Shown piece after piece: positions 36,711 to 49,638 of a stretch of DNA of 64,000 bases. The DNA comes from Selaginella moellendorffii (Eukaryota > Plantae > Lycopodiophyta), in the NCBI RefSeq assembly GCF_000143415.4, contig NW_003314273.1, forward strand, positions 878,074 to 942,073, written 5' to 3'. The position numbers and the translations under genes were made by a program. The notes beneath the pieces were generated by a model. It worked only from the letters and a program-made list of their open reading frames with translations. It searched no databases and was not told the DNA's origin. Every line of letters starts with the position of its first letter. The first letter of the stretch is position 1.

Positions 36711-37225
36711 TGCTAGCGACGAGAGAGCAATCACCGGGAGGAGCTGATCCGCATTCCTAGCTCGCCCCAGCCCTAGAATCTCGCTTCCCGGCCCCGAGAA
36801 ACCGTGAATTCCAAGAGAAGCATCCCCGGGAGCTCAAAAATCCGCCCCGCCGCAACGGATCTCTCAGCTCCACTTTCTTGCCGATTCCAGGAGAGATTTC
36901 CAAATGCCGGCGCTGGGGAGGACGGTCTTGGCGATTACCTCGAGGAGCGGCGGCGGCGGCAGCGTCGTCCCGGCGCTCGCCTCCTCTTCCATTCACATTA
37001 GGTCGCTCAGCGCCATGTTATAGCAGCATAGTCCAAAAAATAGCCCAATCCTAGCCGTTGGATTCCAGATGATGAATCTATTATTATTCGTTGTCTACTC
37101 TTTTCTTCCTTCCCAAACCATCGTGAAGGGAAGAAGACAAACAAAAATCCTCTTCCTTTACAAACTTAAGAGAAAATAATCGAGATCGATCAAGCACGAT
37201 GGTGAACGACACTTACGTGCGAAAA

Positions 37226-39095
37226 TCAATAGAACTCTGTCATGTTTTGGTTTGCTCTGCCTCGTCTTCCCGAGTTTTTCCATTCCTGCCAGAAGCGACT
37301 AAGAACAATCGCTACATTTTTCCGGGAATTTTTACCTCGCCAGGAGATTGCATTCGAGCTTTCGGTCTCTTTCTGATCTCTTCAGTGGGGATTTCCTACA
37401 CGAGAGAGAACTATCAACACAAAACTCTGGAATGTCTTAGAATGAGCTTTCAGACCTGTGGTACCGCACAATCAGCGTGACGAGGATCCCATGCAACAGC
37501 GCACGAACATTCCCATCCATCATCGGCGACAATGTGTAAAGGAGCCCTGGAAAGGAAAAAAAGATATCTCACGTAAGTTACAGAGCTTTTTGCATGAGAG
37601 AATACCTTCGCCATTTGCCGCAAACTATGTCCTTGTTTGCCACTTCTCCGCTTGGAAGATAATCGCCCTCTTCATAGATGATGTTTTGGCATTGCACCCA
37701 GTTTTCTCGTTCGTTTTCAGGCAAGCTCCTAGCTGGTATCCATCCCATAGGCCAAATATTCTGGTGATAGAAAGAACATCAGCAAAGAATAAAAAAAAGA
37801 GTAGTAGCTTACAGCAGCAACAGTTTGCTCGGCCTGGTCTTTCTCTTTTAATTTCTCCGCCAGACTGCGAGGAGCCTCAAGACCTGGATAATCTGGTCGA
37901 CTGCACAAGAAAAACCATACGTTAAAGACCGGAAAAAAAAAAGGAAACCGGAGAGAACTTACACATCCTCGTACGAAACTTTGCCACACCATTCCGGAAC
38001 AACTGCCTGAAACTCATCTCCAACACGAACTTGAGTTCTCTCCATGCGCTGCAAGTCCCAGCCACGAACTTTAGTCTTGTCGATCTTCCAAGCTGCAGGA
38101 AGCTTCTCTTCAAAATGTCCCGCCGGGAATATCTTCAGCTCGGCCGTCTTCTTCTTGCGTTTCCTCGTGCAAAAGCTGCAGAGCCAGCGATCATCTCGTG
38201 GCACGCTTCTGATCCTCGGGTAGCAGCAGGAGAGATGATACGTCTCCTCGCACGTATCACATACCAGTGTTGAGTTTGCATTCCCGGGCCGTCCACAAAC
38301 TCTACAGTTCTCGGCGGTAGCACTTCCATCGCCAACGCTCCCCGGATGGACAGCCACTACGGAGCTCTCTTCCACCAAAACACTGCTCTTGAAAAGTCCC
38401 ATCTGTTCCAGGAAATTCAGGCACTCCTCGATCATTTCCACCTTATCCTTGTTCAACCGAGTTTTCGATGACTTGTCCTGCCTCCTCCTCCTCCGGATCT
38501 TGGCCTTTTTATCCGGAAGTTCCTCCTCCTCCTCCTCCTCCTCATCCACGAAGCAGCGTAACTCTTCCGGGATCTGGTAAATATCAACGTAAGAGTGTCT
38601 CAAATCGTATCTCCTGTTCTTCGCTTCCTTGTGGACGTTGTTGTTTTCCAGAGAAGTTGACGACGCATCCGAAGGGTTCTCTGCACCCTGTTGAGGAGCA
38701 GAAGCCTCGGCGGCTGATACCCGAGCTTTTGGTTGCCTCGCCCTCGAAAAGTGTCGCAAGCTCTTCTGGTCCGCAGCCGCTTCCGCCGGAGTTTCTTTCT
38801 CTTTGGACGTCCGGCACTCGTCTCCATCTTGTTCACAGGACTTTTCCTTCTCGAAGCTTTTGTCTTCGGGACGATCCGTGTCTAGCGGCTGCTGTTCCAA
38901 CCGAGGCGACGAAGGAAGGGCTCCTTGAGGTGCTGCCTCTCCACCTCTGTTTGGGTTGGAGGTCTCGGCAAACGACCACCCGTCACAGCGGGCCCTTTTC
39001 TCGGGCCTGGAAGCATCCAGTTGAACGATACCTGTTGTTCTAATGTCAGCACCGGCAGCCAAGGATGATCTCTTTCGAGCCGCTCTCATTCTCAT
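37226..39095 (-). CDS. PHD-finger / ELM2-like chromatin protein (At2g19260-like)
   Basis: CRVC...CDTCEETYHLSC...WLCSFC PHD; VRVGDEFQAVVPEW; VCGKWR and WDPxHADCAVPQ in 3' exons; both ends approximate. Confidence 0.8.
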
Positions 39096-39821
39096 TGTGC
39101 TTCAATCAGAAAACCACTCTGAGAAAGAAAAAAAACAAAGGGAAGATAAACAGCTTTTCTCGGACGAAAAAAAGAAAAGAACGAACGAACAAGAAGAAAA
39201 CCAAGGAACAAAAACTGACAAAGCAAAAGCACTTGCATGCGTCTCGGAAGAACTCACAAACCTAAAAAGCAAGCGAGAAAAAGAAAGAAGAAAACAAAAT
39301 CCAGAATTTCTTAAGTTTTGCAGCACTGCAAATCGAAAATCAATGAACGCATCCGTCTCAGGCAGGACTTACGATCACTCACACAACCCAAGGCACGCAA
39401 GCAAGAATTCCCTGGCATTGAAAATTTGGAAAAAACTTACCAGGATTAAGTCGGGGCGCCCTGATCTAGCGAGCGATGCTTCCAGCAACCTATCCCTAGT
39501 TACTCTACAGGAATACCTGGGCATCAAACTAAAGTTTGCGACGTTGTCGCTCGATCGACATCGCGTTGCTCCTCGTCCCCATCCTCCTAGGGATTGCGCC
39601 GCGACGAAGCCAAGGCGCTGCGCCAAAGTCACGCCAACGTTTGGAAATAAGAACTAAAGAAACACACAACTAAGTAGCCCCAGTTTGCCGTACACGGATT
39701 TGGACCATTTGGTACGAATGTTATGCCCTAATGCAACCAAAAGGGTTGCATTACTTTGATCATTGGTTAAAATATAGTACACAACTCCTCATTATATCCA
39801 AAAACCTTGAGAACAAGCCTT

Positions 39822-40253
39822 TCAATCATCGTCGACCTTGTAGTCCTTGTCCAGGAATGTAACAAAGTCCGAAGGGCAGCCTTGCTTCTCGGCCTTCTCC
39901 CTCGCGAGCTTCTTTGCGTATTTGCTCACAATCTTACTGTCCACCAACACATGGATTCGCCGCGGATCCAACTCGCACAGCTTGCTGGTGATGCAATTCG
40001 GCTCGTCCGGCGGAGTCGCGCCCACCGCATTCGCCCTCTCCAAGAACATCTGGAACTCCTCTTGATCCTGGAACCGCAGCTTGAGCATCCTTCCCCTGTC
40101 TAGAAACGAGAGCACTACATTCTTGTTGTCAAACACTGGCCACGAGGAATCCGTCGCGAAATTCTTAGCCGCCGCGAGCAGCAGGCACCTGGAGTCGAGC
40201 GAGGAGCGACCCAGATCTCTGTGCCGCCATAGATTCTTCAGCAGGAGCGCCAT
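39822..40253 (-). CDS. Unknown putative mitochondrial protein, paralog A
   Basis: Intronless 143 aa; Arg/Leu/Ser-rich N-terminus; C-terminal ~105 aa aligns without gaps to the product of 40354-41106. Confidence 0.75.
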   Translation of the reverse strand: MALLLKNLWRHRDLGRSSLDSRCLLLAAAKNFATDSSWPVFDNKNVVLSFLDRGRMLKLRFQDQEEFQMFLERANAVGATPPDEPNCITSKLCELDPRRIHVLVDSKIVSKYAKKLAREKAEKQGCPSDFVTFLDKDYKVDDD

Positions 40254-40353
40254 CGCCGATCACGATGCCCTAATCCAATCCATCACGGCGGTGGATTCGA
40301 ACCCAAATTCGGCGTAAAATGGTGGGGTTCAGGGTTTAGGGTTCTACCGAGCT

Positions 40354-41106
40354 ATGGCGATTGGGGGCTTGGCGAGGGCGCTGTTGCGGCGGCGGGCGAC
40401 GGGATTGGCGGTGGCCAAGCGATTCCAGGCAGGATATTGCAATGCGGCTGCTCAGGGCAAAGGATTTACGGCCCCTCCTCCTGAAGGCGCTCCATCTCCC
40501 CAGGGCCAGGGATTTCCTCCTCCTCAAGGCCAGGGAAATTTTTCTTCTCAGGGACAGGGTTTCGATCAAGGTGGCCAGGGCTTTGCGCCCCAGGGAGGAG
40601 AGGATTACGCCGAAGCGGAGGACTTCACCGATCCAAGCAACACTTCCTACGAAGATTACTCTCCCGGAGGACCGATCTACGACGCCGAGTACTCGTCTCC
40701 TCCTCCCTATCAATCCCAGCAGGAGCAGCAGCAGCAAGAGTACTACGTTCCTCCGCCGCCGCCACCGCCGCCACCGCCCAAGCCCAGATTTGACAACAAG
40801 AATGTGCCCATCACTCTGGTAAGCTTGGGTCGCGCGATGCAGCTCAAATTCCAGAACCAGAAGGAGTTCGAGAGCATGCTTGACAAGGCAAGTGCGTTTG
40901 GAGTGATGCTTCCGGACGAGCCGGGGAACATCACCCGCGAGCTCGCGGAGTTGGATCCCAAGAAGGTGTACGCGGTGGTGGACATGAAGGCGGTGCTCAA
41001 GAGCACGAAGAGGCTAGCGGAGGAGGAGGCGGAGCGCAGCGGCTACCCCAAGGATTTCATGCGGATGAGGAACAAGTATGGTAAGTATGATTCCGACGAT
41101 GATTGA
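40354..41106 (+). CDS. Unknown putative mitochondrial protein, paralog B, with a Gln/Gly/Pro-rich linker
   Basis: Intronless 250 aa; LARALLRRRA presequence-like start; QGQGF repeats and polyPro; shared C-terminal domain. Confidence 0.8.
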   Translation: MAIGGLARALLRRRATGLAVAKRFQAGYCNAAAQGKGFTAPPPEGAPSPQGQGFPPPQGQGNFSSQGQGFDQGGQGFAPQGGEDYAEAEDFTDPSNTSYEDYSPGGPIYDAEYSSPPPYQSQQEQQQQEYYVPPPPPPPPPPKPRFDNKNVPITLVSLGRAMQLKFQNQKEFESMLDKASAFGVMLPDEPGNITRELAELDPKKVYAVVDMKAVLKSTKRLAEEEAERSGYPKDFMRMRNKYGKYDSDDD

Positions 41107-41184
41107 CGATCGAGCGCACTTTGCTCTTGGCTAAATAGAAAGAAGTTCTTTGTTTACTCAAGAACCCTAATCTTGCTTTCTTCG

Positions 41185-42216
41185 ATGGCCATGACGATGG
41201 CGATGACGATGGCGGCCTTTCTCGTCGTTTCTCTGGTACGCAGCGGGAAGATCGGATGATGTCTTGAGAATGTAGCTTGTGATCAGGTGTGGCGCTCCGG
41301 CCGCGCGCAAGATTACGAGAGTGAAGCGCTCTTTCTTCGCATCTTTTGCTTGTAACGCTGAAATATTTCGTGTTGCCCGTAGAGTTGGAGTTCCCGCAGG
41401 CAGTGTACACGGTCTCGATCGCGATCGCGGATGACGAGTGCAAGGCATCGTGCCGTGTGTTTCTTCGCTACAATGCCAGCGATTTCGAAAACGTTGTCCG
41501 GGAATTCCAACCTAGCGCGACGCTCGTCTTCGCAGGCCTCAAGCTGGGTCCCTACTGCCTCGATGTCAATTGCTCTTCTCCTGATAGTCCTCTCGGAGGT
41601 AAAGTTTTCTTCTTTTCCATGCATTCCAAATGCCTGGCATCCTATTCATTGAAGGTGGCGCTTTCTTAGTTTCTAGCAAGCATTTTCTCCTTGTTGATAG
41701 CATCGATGATTAACTGTAGCTTCGGCAGTCTCTCTGCCATTTTCGCTGTCTGCATCGCTGGTAGTTTCATTCTACAAAGATGGTAGAATTGCAATCTCTT
41801 GAATCATGATCTCCTAACTTCGTGCTTCAATGCCTGCATCATCCAGCGGTGCATTCTTGATATTGCTATCTTGTTTCAAATTCTCATCGAGAACTTTTGC
41901 AGTGTGCCAGGCCGAGCCACACGTTATCGAGTTCCAGGCAATGGATGAGGCTCCAAGTGGAGTCATATCAGTGGGCAGCCTGGGCCTGGCACTGACAAAT
42001 TCTTCCAACGCCTTCGAGCCGCCGCAGAACACGCAGCAGCAGCAGCAGCCTTCGGCGACAGTGTCCAAATGGCAGACTTTAGCGATTGCTGGTATTTTGG
42101 CTCTACAGTGGATCGGGCTGCGAGTCATAACTGCTTTTACCAACAAATCTTCCAGCGGAACACATGTCTGTCCATCAAGACCAGCTGTCACTTGTTCCTC
42201 ATGGTGGCAAAGGTAG
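41185..42216 (+). CDS. Unknown multi-exon protein with signal-peptide-like start and C-terminal hydrophobic segment
   Basis: MAMTMAMTMAAFLVVSL/VWRSGRAQ; Cys-containing exon ~41382-41598; last exon ...WQTLAIAGILALQWIGL; splicing only partly resolved. Confidence 0.45.
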
Positions 42217-42321
42217 GAGAGGATAGGAACGAAAGAGCAGGGATGATAATATTTGGGTGGGGGCCGGTTCTTCGAAACGAGCTCCAGGGGTAGACGGTGG
42301 GAATTACTTGTTTTCAAAGCC

Positions 42322-43752
42322 ATGCAACCAATCGATCTCTTTGAGAAGCTCAAGGTTCACGCGGCTCTTGTGGTCTTGCAGCTTGGGTTTGCCGGGTTTG
42401 AGATACTGACCCGGAATCTTCTCATCGATGGCTTCAGTCCTTTTGTTTTCCCAGTATACAGGAACGCGATTGCTTTCCTGGTGCTGGCACCGCTTGCTTA
42501 CTGGTTGGAGAGGTATATAGCTCACAGATTGGTGGTGCAAGCGTCAAAGAAGTTGCATTTCCTGCAGAAACGAGCGACCAAAGCTAGAGTGGGCACAACT
42601 TCCGATGTTTCTGTGTCTCGGGACGATCGGGTACACAGTGCTTCTTTGCTTTCTAGTGATATTCAAGCTTGTGTATTGATTGATGCAGGATCCTTGGCAA
42701 CCAGATCAGCTATATATTGGGCCTGAGATACACATCGGCTTCCTTCACTTCAGCGTACAGGAACTCGATGCCTGTCTTCACTTTCCTAATATCTTACTTT
42801 ATCGGGTATGCACGACACTATGATGTTGCTTATAATTCTTCCTTTTTGCAGAATAGAGCGAGTAAAGCTTAGAACTCGAGAAGGACAAGCTAAGATTCTT
42901 GGGACTACTTTCGGAGTTACTGGTGCACTGATAATGTCCCTCTACAGAGGAGCAGAGATCATACGGCCGCCTTCTCCAGGCAATCGCTTGCTCCATGGGT
43001 TTCACTTCAGCTCATGGAATCTAGGCGTTGTGATCCTGACGGCAGCGTTCCTGTCTTTTGCCATCTTCCTGATCTTACAGGTATTTAATTGTAGATCTTT
43101 GGTGATCTTAAAGCCGACGGTTCATGTCCACAACAGGCGCAACTCATGAAGACATTTCCTGCTCCGCTATCCATCGCTTCTATATCGATTGGCATCGGTT
43201 GCATTGAGCTCGCCATCCTGGCTCTTATGATCGATCGCAACTTCTCGAGGTGGAAGCTAAATTCAACGTCGGCCACCATTACAGTTGTATATGCTGTAAG
43301 TCGTTTGGATTTCCTCTTCTCTCCGCGGTTTGAGCTCTCTTTGTTTGTTTTCTTTGAAGGGTGTAGTCGCCTCGGGGCTGGTCTCTGCGATACAGTCGTG
43401 GGGAGTGAAACGATGCGGCCCAGTGACAGTAGCGGCGTATCAGCCCCTCGAGACAGTGGCTGTTGCAGTGCTGAGTTTTCTCTTCTTGAGAGAAGGATTT
43501 CGACTAGGAAGGTAAGACGCTGTTGGATACATGCAATCCAAGCCTGATAATTACATTTTGTTCGTTTTCGCAGCATGGTGGGAGCCGCAATCGTCGTCTC
43601 GGGCTTGTATTTATTGATATGGGGACAGTCCAAGGAAAAGAAAGATAACTCTTTGCAAAAGCCTCTGTTGCGCAAGGTAAGGAATTCACCAAAGCTTGTC
43701 AATTGGGAAGCACTGTTTTGCACAACAGGACAGTGCTGCCGAGGCCGCGTAG
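42322..43752 (+). CDS. WAT1-related / UMAMIT (MtN21, EamA) transporter
   Basis: FPVYRNAIAFLVLAPLAYWLE, AKILGT, GPVTVAAYQPL, GLYLLIWG. Confidence 0.9.
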
Positions 43753-44081
43753 CCAAATCGAGGTGGCTGTCAACGAATAATTTATTTTTCGATGGAATCT
43801 TTGCAAGCCTGCTGTCATTCCATTGTTTGAATATTTTATCACCCTTGATTGAATCATGATGTCCCTTTCCTTTTATTTTAGAAAGCCGTCGTATGCTGGC
43901 TTAGAAAAATATGCAGCCTCCAAACTAATGAACAAAACGTATCTCAACAGAGGACGAGCTTGATAATTTATGAGCGAATTGCCCTACTGCAGGAAAAGAA
44001 GAGAACAAAGAAATAACGAACAAAAGGCTTAGAAAGTGAAAAATGTAAAGGAGATATCTCACAAACGATGCTTCGAGCTTT

Positions 44082-45382
44082 CTACGCCTTCTTTGGCCGA
44101 GCTGGTTCGTTCAGTGTCCCGCACATCCAGTCCATCCACACCGTATAGTGGCCGTAGTTGTGCTTGTAAGTCGTGTGATGGATGGTGTGGTATGCGGCTC
44201 CCATTATCGGCCACACTTTCCCATCGATGCAATCGTGGATGTTGGTCGTCCAGATGCCTTCGAGGAACAAGAAAAACTCGTGAGTGAAGAAATGCATCGG
44301 TATCACGAACAGCGCCAGGACGTGCGGTAGCGCTTGCAAAATCCCGTCGATCGGGTGGAACGCCAGCCCTGTTTGGAGTAGTAATCACAGACTCATCAGA
44401 CAGCTATACTCGAGAGATTGCTAGCTAGCTTTGCATCTATACTCGAGATATTGCTTTGCATCTAGATACTCAAGAGATTGCTAGCTAACTTTGCAAAGAA
44501 GAAAGTTTTTCTTACCCGCGAATGGCGACAGTGTGTCCTGCTTGTTGTAAATGTGATGCGTCGCGTGGAGTAGCTTGTAGAGAGGCTTGATGTCGTGAAG
44601 ACCACGGTGCATCCAGTAGATGCCAAACTCCACCATCACCAAGTACGTGAGCGACAGGACAATGTAGGTGGGGAAGCCGACGTCGCTAATTCGAGGGAAG
44701 CATTTGGTCCAGCCTCTCTCCACCATGTACTCGGACACCGTCGGGAGCAGCGTGTAGAGTGGCATCGCCTTCATCGAGACTTTGATCTGGAGCCATATTG
44801 GCTCCTGCTTTGGAATTCCTCCTGCAAGAACAATGCTCAATGTTAGAAAGAAAAAAAATCCCAATCTAGAATGATAGAGAGAGGGTTCTAAGACTCGATT
44901 TCTATGAATCACGGACTAGCAAGCCCAAAATCCTGCCTCTAGCTCAAGGAAGCTTAAGAGTCTTGGAAATTTCCAGGAATTCTTGGATCTAGGACGCATG
45001 AATTTCAAGAAAGATCCTAGGATGAGAAGCCTAGATCAGGGCCTTACCAGGAACAAATCATACCGTTTGGGAAATAGATCCGGGGCTTCCACCAGTAAAT
45101 GTAGAGGCACCAGAGGCCGCCCGAGAGGAAGTAGACGATGAGCCCCGCGATGTAGTTGCGAAGCCATGTCCGGAGAGCATGCGGCATGGAATCGAAGTGG
45201 AGAGCCAGCGGTCGCAGCACCAGATGATTGTACCAGGCCGTCTCCTCCAAGAACAATCGCAGCCGGGCTTGGTCGATGCTCCCGCCGCCGCCGCCGCCGC
45301 CGCTCCATGTGTGATTGCTTGCGGAAGCTGCGAAGACGAAGGAGGACAGGATCGCGAGGGAGAGAAGGGGCAGCGCCATCAT
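44082..45382 (-). CDS. DWF7: Delta7-sterol C5(6)-desaturase, 3 exons
   Basis: His boxes [13 protein letters not shown] and YHTIHH; WLRNYIAG. Confidence 0.93.
44404..44496. repeat. Intronic ~30-bp tandem repeat x3
   Basis: ctatactcgagagattgctagctagctttgcat variants. Confidence 0.75.
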
Positions 45383-45574
45383 CGCGATCGCGGTGGCGGC
45401 CAGAGAAGAAAAGATCGTGTATTTACAGACCTAAGAGGGAGAGCGTGAGGGAGAGAGAACAAAACAGAGAGATCTCTGCCTTAATGCCCATTGGGGCATT
45501 TAACCTATGGGCTTCTGGCATTTGGGCAGTTGTCCTATTTCTAGGGTTTTACAAGGGCTTCAAATTTCTTGGCC

Positions 45575-48217
45575 ATGGCCGAGGGCGGAGGAGGAGGCGC
45601 CAAGGCGATGGATTACTACAAATCACTCCAGCCGACCCAGCTCATCGCGGAGCGAGGCCTGGAGCTCGTCGTGATCAATCCAGGTGTGGAAAAATTTCCA
45701 GATTCATTTGCAGCATTGACCGGAATCTGGATTCTGCGCTGTAGGATCGTCCAATCTTCGCGTCGGGCTGGGATCGTGGCAAGATCCGGTCGTAGTGCCG
45801 CATTGTGTTGCCTGGCATTCTGCGGGAAACGGAAAATGTGAGGATTCTGGGACTAGAAATGGGGCTATAGGTGAACAAATGGTATGCAGCCGCACTATTT
45901 TACCTTCGCATTTTCTTGGTTTCATGCTAATTGCTGATAACAGGCCACTCTACCAGTTTTACGAAGAGATCGAGAAGAGATGTGCCTTAAGGTGACTCGT
46001 TTGAAGCCGTTCGACTTCTAAACAAAATGGAATCCTCTCTCCAGGTTGAAGCCTTGTTAGGAGTTCCTGGCAATGACACAAATGGCATGGATGTCTCGAA
46101 GGTAGTTTACTCTTTTTCATGGTTTGACAACTAAGATTTGTGCTTTACTTTAGGAAGAGGTTGTTCGAGGAGGCTATGTAAAATGTGAGCAAGAAAAGAA
46201 GTTGGAGCTGCCATGGACACAAGTAATGGAACGAGGTATGCAAAGGGGTAGTATTCACGAGAAATTTGACGTCTCTGTTTGAAGTGTGCTTCATCTGTCT
46301 CTGTAGCTAACGATGAATGCGCCCCTGTTTATCGCCGCTGTATATGTGGAGAGGAGGCCTTAAGGATCCCAGCTTCTCAGCCTTATGTGCTGAGAAGGCC
46401 AATGTGCAGGGGTCGCTTGAATGTTTCGCCACAGTATCCCATGCAACAGGTAAATTTACAACTACGATCTCTGTGCTTTACTTAAAATATTTATAGGTTT
46501 GCGACGATATGTATGCTATTTGGAACTGGGTACTGGCAGAAAAGATGTTAATTAGCAAGGCGGGACGACGGAACTTATCTGCGGTTCTCGTTGTTCCTGA
46601 TACTTTTGACAATAGAGGTTTGTCTAATCAGAAGGAGCGCCAAATGCTTACTAACTTACTTGCAGAAGTTAAGGAGGTAGTCTCGGTTCTACTGAGGGAT
46701 TTAGAGTTCCACTCTGTAGTTGTACATCAGGTACCTCTTCTTCAGCTTCCTTACGCTTTAGTTTGATGTCGTTTAAGTGTAGGAATGCGTTTCAGCTACA
46801 TTTGGAAATGGCGTTTCATCGGCATGCGTAGTTCAAATGGGGGCTCAAGTTACTTCTATAATCTGCGTTGAGGCAAGGCTGCGTAAATGTTTCGTCGCTG
46901 TTTTAACTTCAATTGTTTTCTACCGTTAGGACGGCGTGTCTATATCAGTCTCTCAGAAAATTCTTCCATATGGTGGAGAGGTACATCATGTGAGTTCACG
47001 TGCTTTTCTAACTTCATGTGAACTGTAGGACATATCAAGATGTCTTTTATGGGTCCAACAACGGTACGGGAACTGGCCCCTCCTAAAAACCGATCCATTG
47101 ACAAATTCTTTGGACATGACAATGCTTGATCGTCTAAAGCAAGCTCACTGTGCTTTAAGTGTAAGTCTTTCCCGACTGTCTCGCATTGACTGTATGCGCA
47201 GGTTGGAGGTGATCTCACTGCAACGGCAGATGTGTTTTCTTGCACCCCTGGCGAGTCCGATCTTTACAAAGTCACTTTAGTCGCACTCAATGTAAGAATT
47301 TGCTTCAAGTTTTTCGTCTCTGATGGTTTACGAACAGGTGCCACCTGCTGGCCTGTTTTATCCGTCACTCCTTACACCCGAGGAACGTATGTTTCCACCG
47401 AGGTCTTGGTAAGCTTTAAGGGAGACCATCAACCAAAGCTAGAGAAATAATGTAGGTACTATTCTGATCACGAAGACATGCTAGTGGACCCGGTGGAGGC
47501 AGGAATGACGGCCTTCAGCAATGAACAATTTACGAACGGTCATAGCTCTGCACTTTCTCCTTCTGGCAATTCTCTTCTAGGACTACATGAAGCCATTGTC
47601 AGCAGTGTCCTATCAATGGGTAACTATAGTCATAGTCTTCAGTCGCATTAAGCATTGCCAGTATTTTACAGGTCGCTTGGATTTAAAGATGAAGTTTTTC
47701 TCAAGTATCCTCCTGGTAAGCCTTCCGTTTTTTTTCTAATCGAGCATGAGTCAGTTGCCTTACAGGTTGGAGGAGTAGCCTCTACACCAGGCATTGCCGA
47801 ATTTATTGAAGATAAGTGCGTATTTCGATTCGTTTTATCAATCCCTTATGTTTGTACCACGCAGAATTGTCCACACAGTTTCTCACCAGGAAGGGATTGA
47901 TAAAGTTGAGGTAACCAGAGTCGAAACCAATTCAGGTCCTCACACTATAAAAAATTTTCGTGTAGGTGCTATCAAATCGAGCTGATCCTTCCATACTTTC
48001 TTGGAAAGGAGGAGTGGTAAAAGAATTTGGCAAATGTTTGTCTGAGCCTCAATGGTTTGTGCTATAGGTGCTGGGAGTTTTGGACTTCTCTCGGGAGTCT
48101 TGGATTCAGCGCAGTGACTGGATTGACGGCGGGCTACGCGTGGGTTCCTCGAAGAAATACAAAGATTCTCTGTCGCTTCATGCCCAGGCTTTTTGGTACA
48201 ACGCTGTTCTCGAGTGA
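45575..48217 (+). CDS. ARP9: Actin-related protein 9, multi-exon
   Basis: MDYYKSLQPTQLIAERGLELVVINPG/SANLRVGL, ICGEEALRIP, VLVVPDTFDNR, LPYGGE, GSSKKYKDS. Confidence 0.9.
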
Positions 48218-49638
48218 GTTAAAAAGTTCCACCTGCGTTTCTGCCGGGAGCTATTAAACACGAAATATTGATCTTTCCAGCTGGCCGATTTTGCTTATTC
48301 ATTTGGAAAGCCATGGTCCTTTCTGGATTGTAGTAGATCTGAAAGGCGTGAAGAAAGATCTAGGATCCGGGCTGAAGCAGGAGATGATGAAAGCTGTGAA
48401 GCAAGGATAGAATGGGAGTGATCAGGAAATTTGCCTGTTTTTGAGCTGCTCAAGCTTCCATGCTAGCACTCTACCTGTCGTATGATTGGATAGAAGATAA
48501 GGAGATAGGGTTCCAGAGAAGTTTCTCCAAGATTTGGTGAAGTATCTAAAGGAAAGCGATGAGACAACAAGAAGAGCAATCAAGATAAGCATTAGCTTCT
48601 CTCCTTGTCCCCAGAGCTTCTTTCTACTTGTATGGGATTGCCATTTTTTTATTTCCTCCTTGATTTATGTTTGTGAGAAAACATTACAGACACTTCTTAC
48701 ATATATCCCTGTGAATCCTTAAGATTCTCAAGAAAAAAAACATTAATTAATGAATCTTCTGACAAGAAGCTTTTTATTTGGATAATGTGTGTAGAAAAAA
48801 TAACTTTCTCTTCTCTTCTTGTCATATTTAGTGAAGAGAGGTTTAAATTGAAACTTTTTTTTCTTCCAAAAACTTAAAAATGTAAAGACAAAAAAAAAGG
48901 GATAATAACAATCATAATACAAGTAAAAATTATATGACTTATTTTTTATTTTTTTATTTTTTTGTTTAATTATGAAAAGTTTTTGGGCTTCTCTTCTTTG
49001 TGTACTAGCATTTGGGGACGAGAGTTTATTTAATAATTATAAAATAATATTTGTTATATTTTTAATTTTCTCTTTATAGTTCTAGATTTAGTTTATAAGT
49101 TGAATTAGATTTCTATGAAAATCTCAATTTTCTTAAATTGGTATATAATGTAATTGACATAATTGATATTAAAAGATTAGAATCTAACTGCTACTACAGT
49201 AGTATCTATAAAATATTTAATATAAAAAGTAGCACATAATAGAAAGTAAATTTACTTGATATTATGAATGCATGGAATATAAAAAGGGAATAAAGAAAAT
49301 GTGCATATCAATTAACCCAAAAACCCCAACTTATATAAAAAGCAAGTGGTCTAAATTGAAACCAATCCAATAATTATTAAAATCCCATTATACTAATATT
49401 AGTATATGACATTATTGCCATACACTTAGACCTTATATCATCCCCTCCTCTTAGAATAATGGAAGGCTATCAGAGTTTTCTTGTAGATGGGCCGAGATTT
49501 GGAAGAATATCAGAAGGAGGCATCAATGGATTTATAGGTGGTATTAGTTGTTCTTAATTGTGAGACACAAATCCCTAAGCCCCGAAGTGGAGCTGAAAGG
49601 GTGCCACATGGTAGTGGCTGAAGCGAAAGCCAAACGAG

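Noticed and set aside
39043-39657. 204-aa Lys/Glu-rich + ORF
   Set aside because: Antisense of the pyrimidine-rich intron/5' region of the PHD gene
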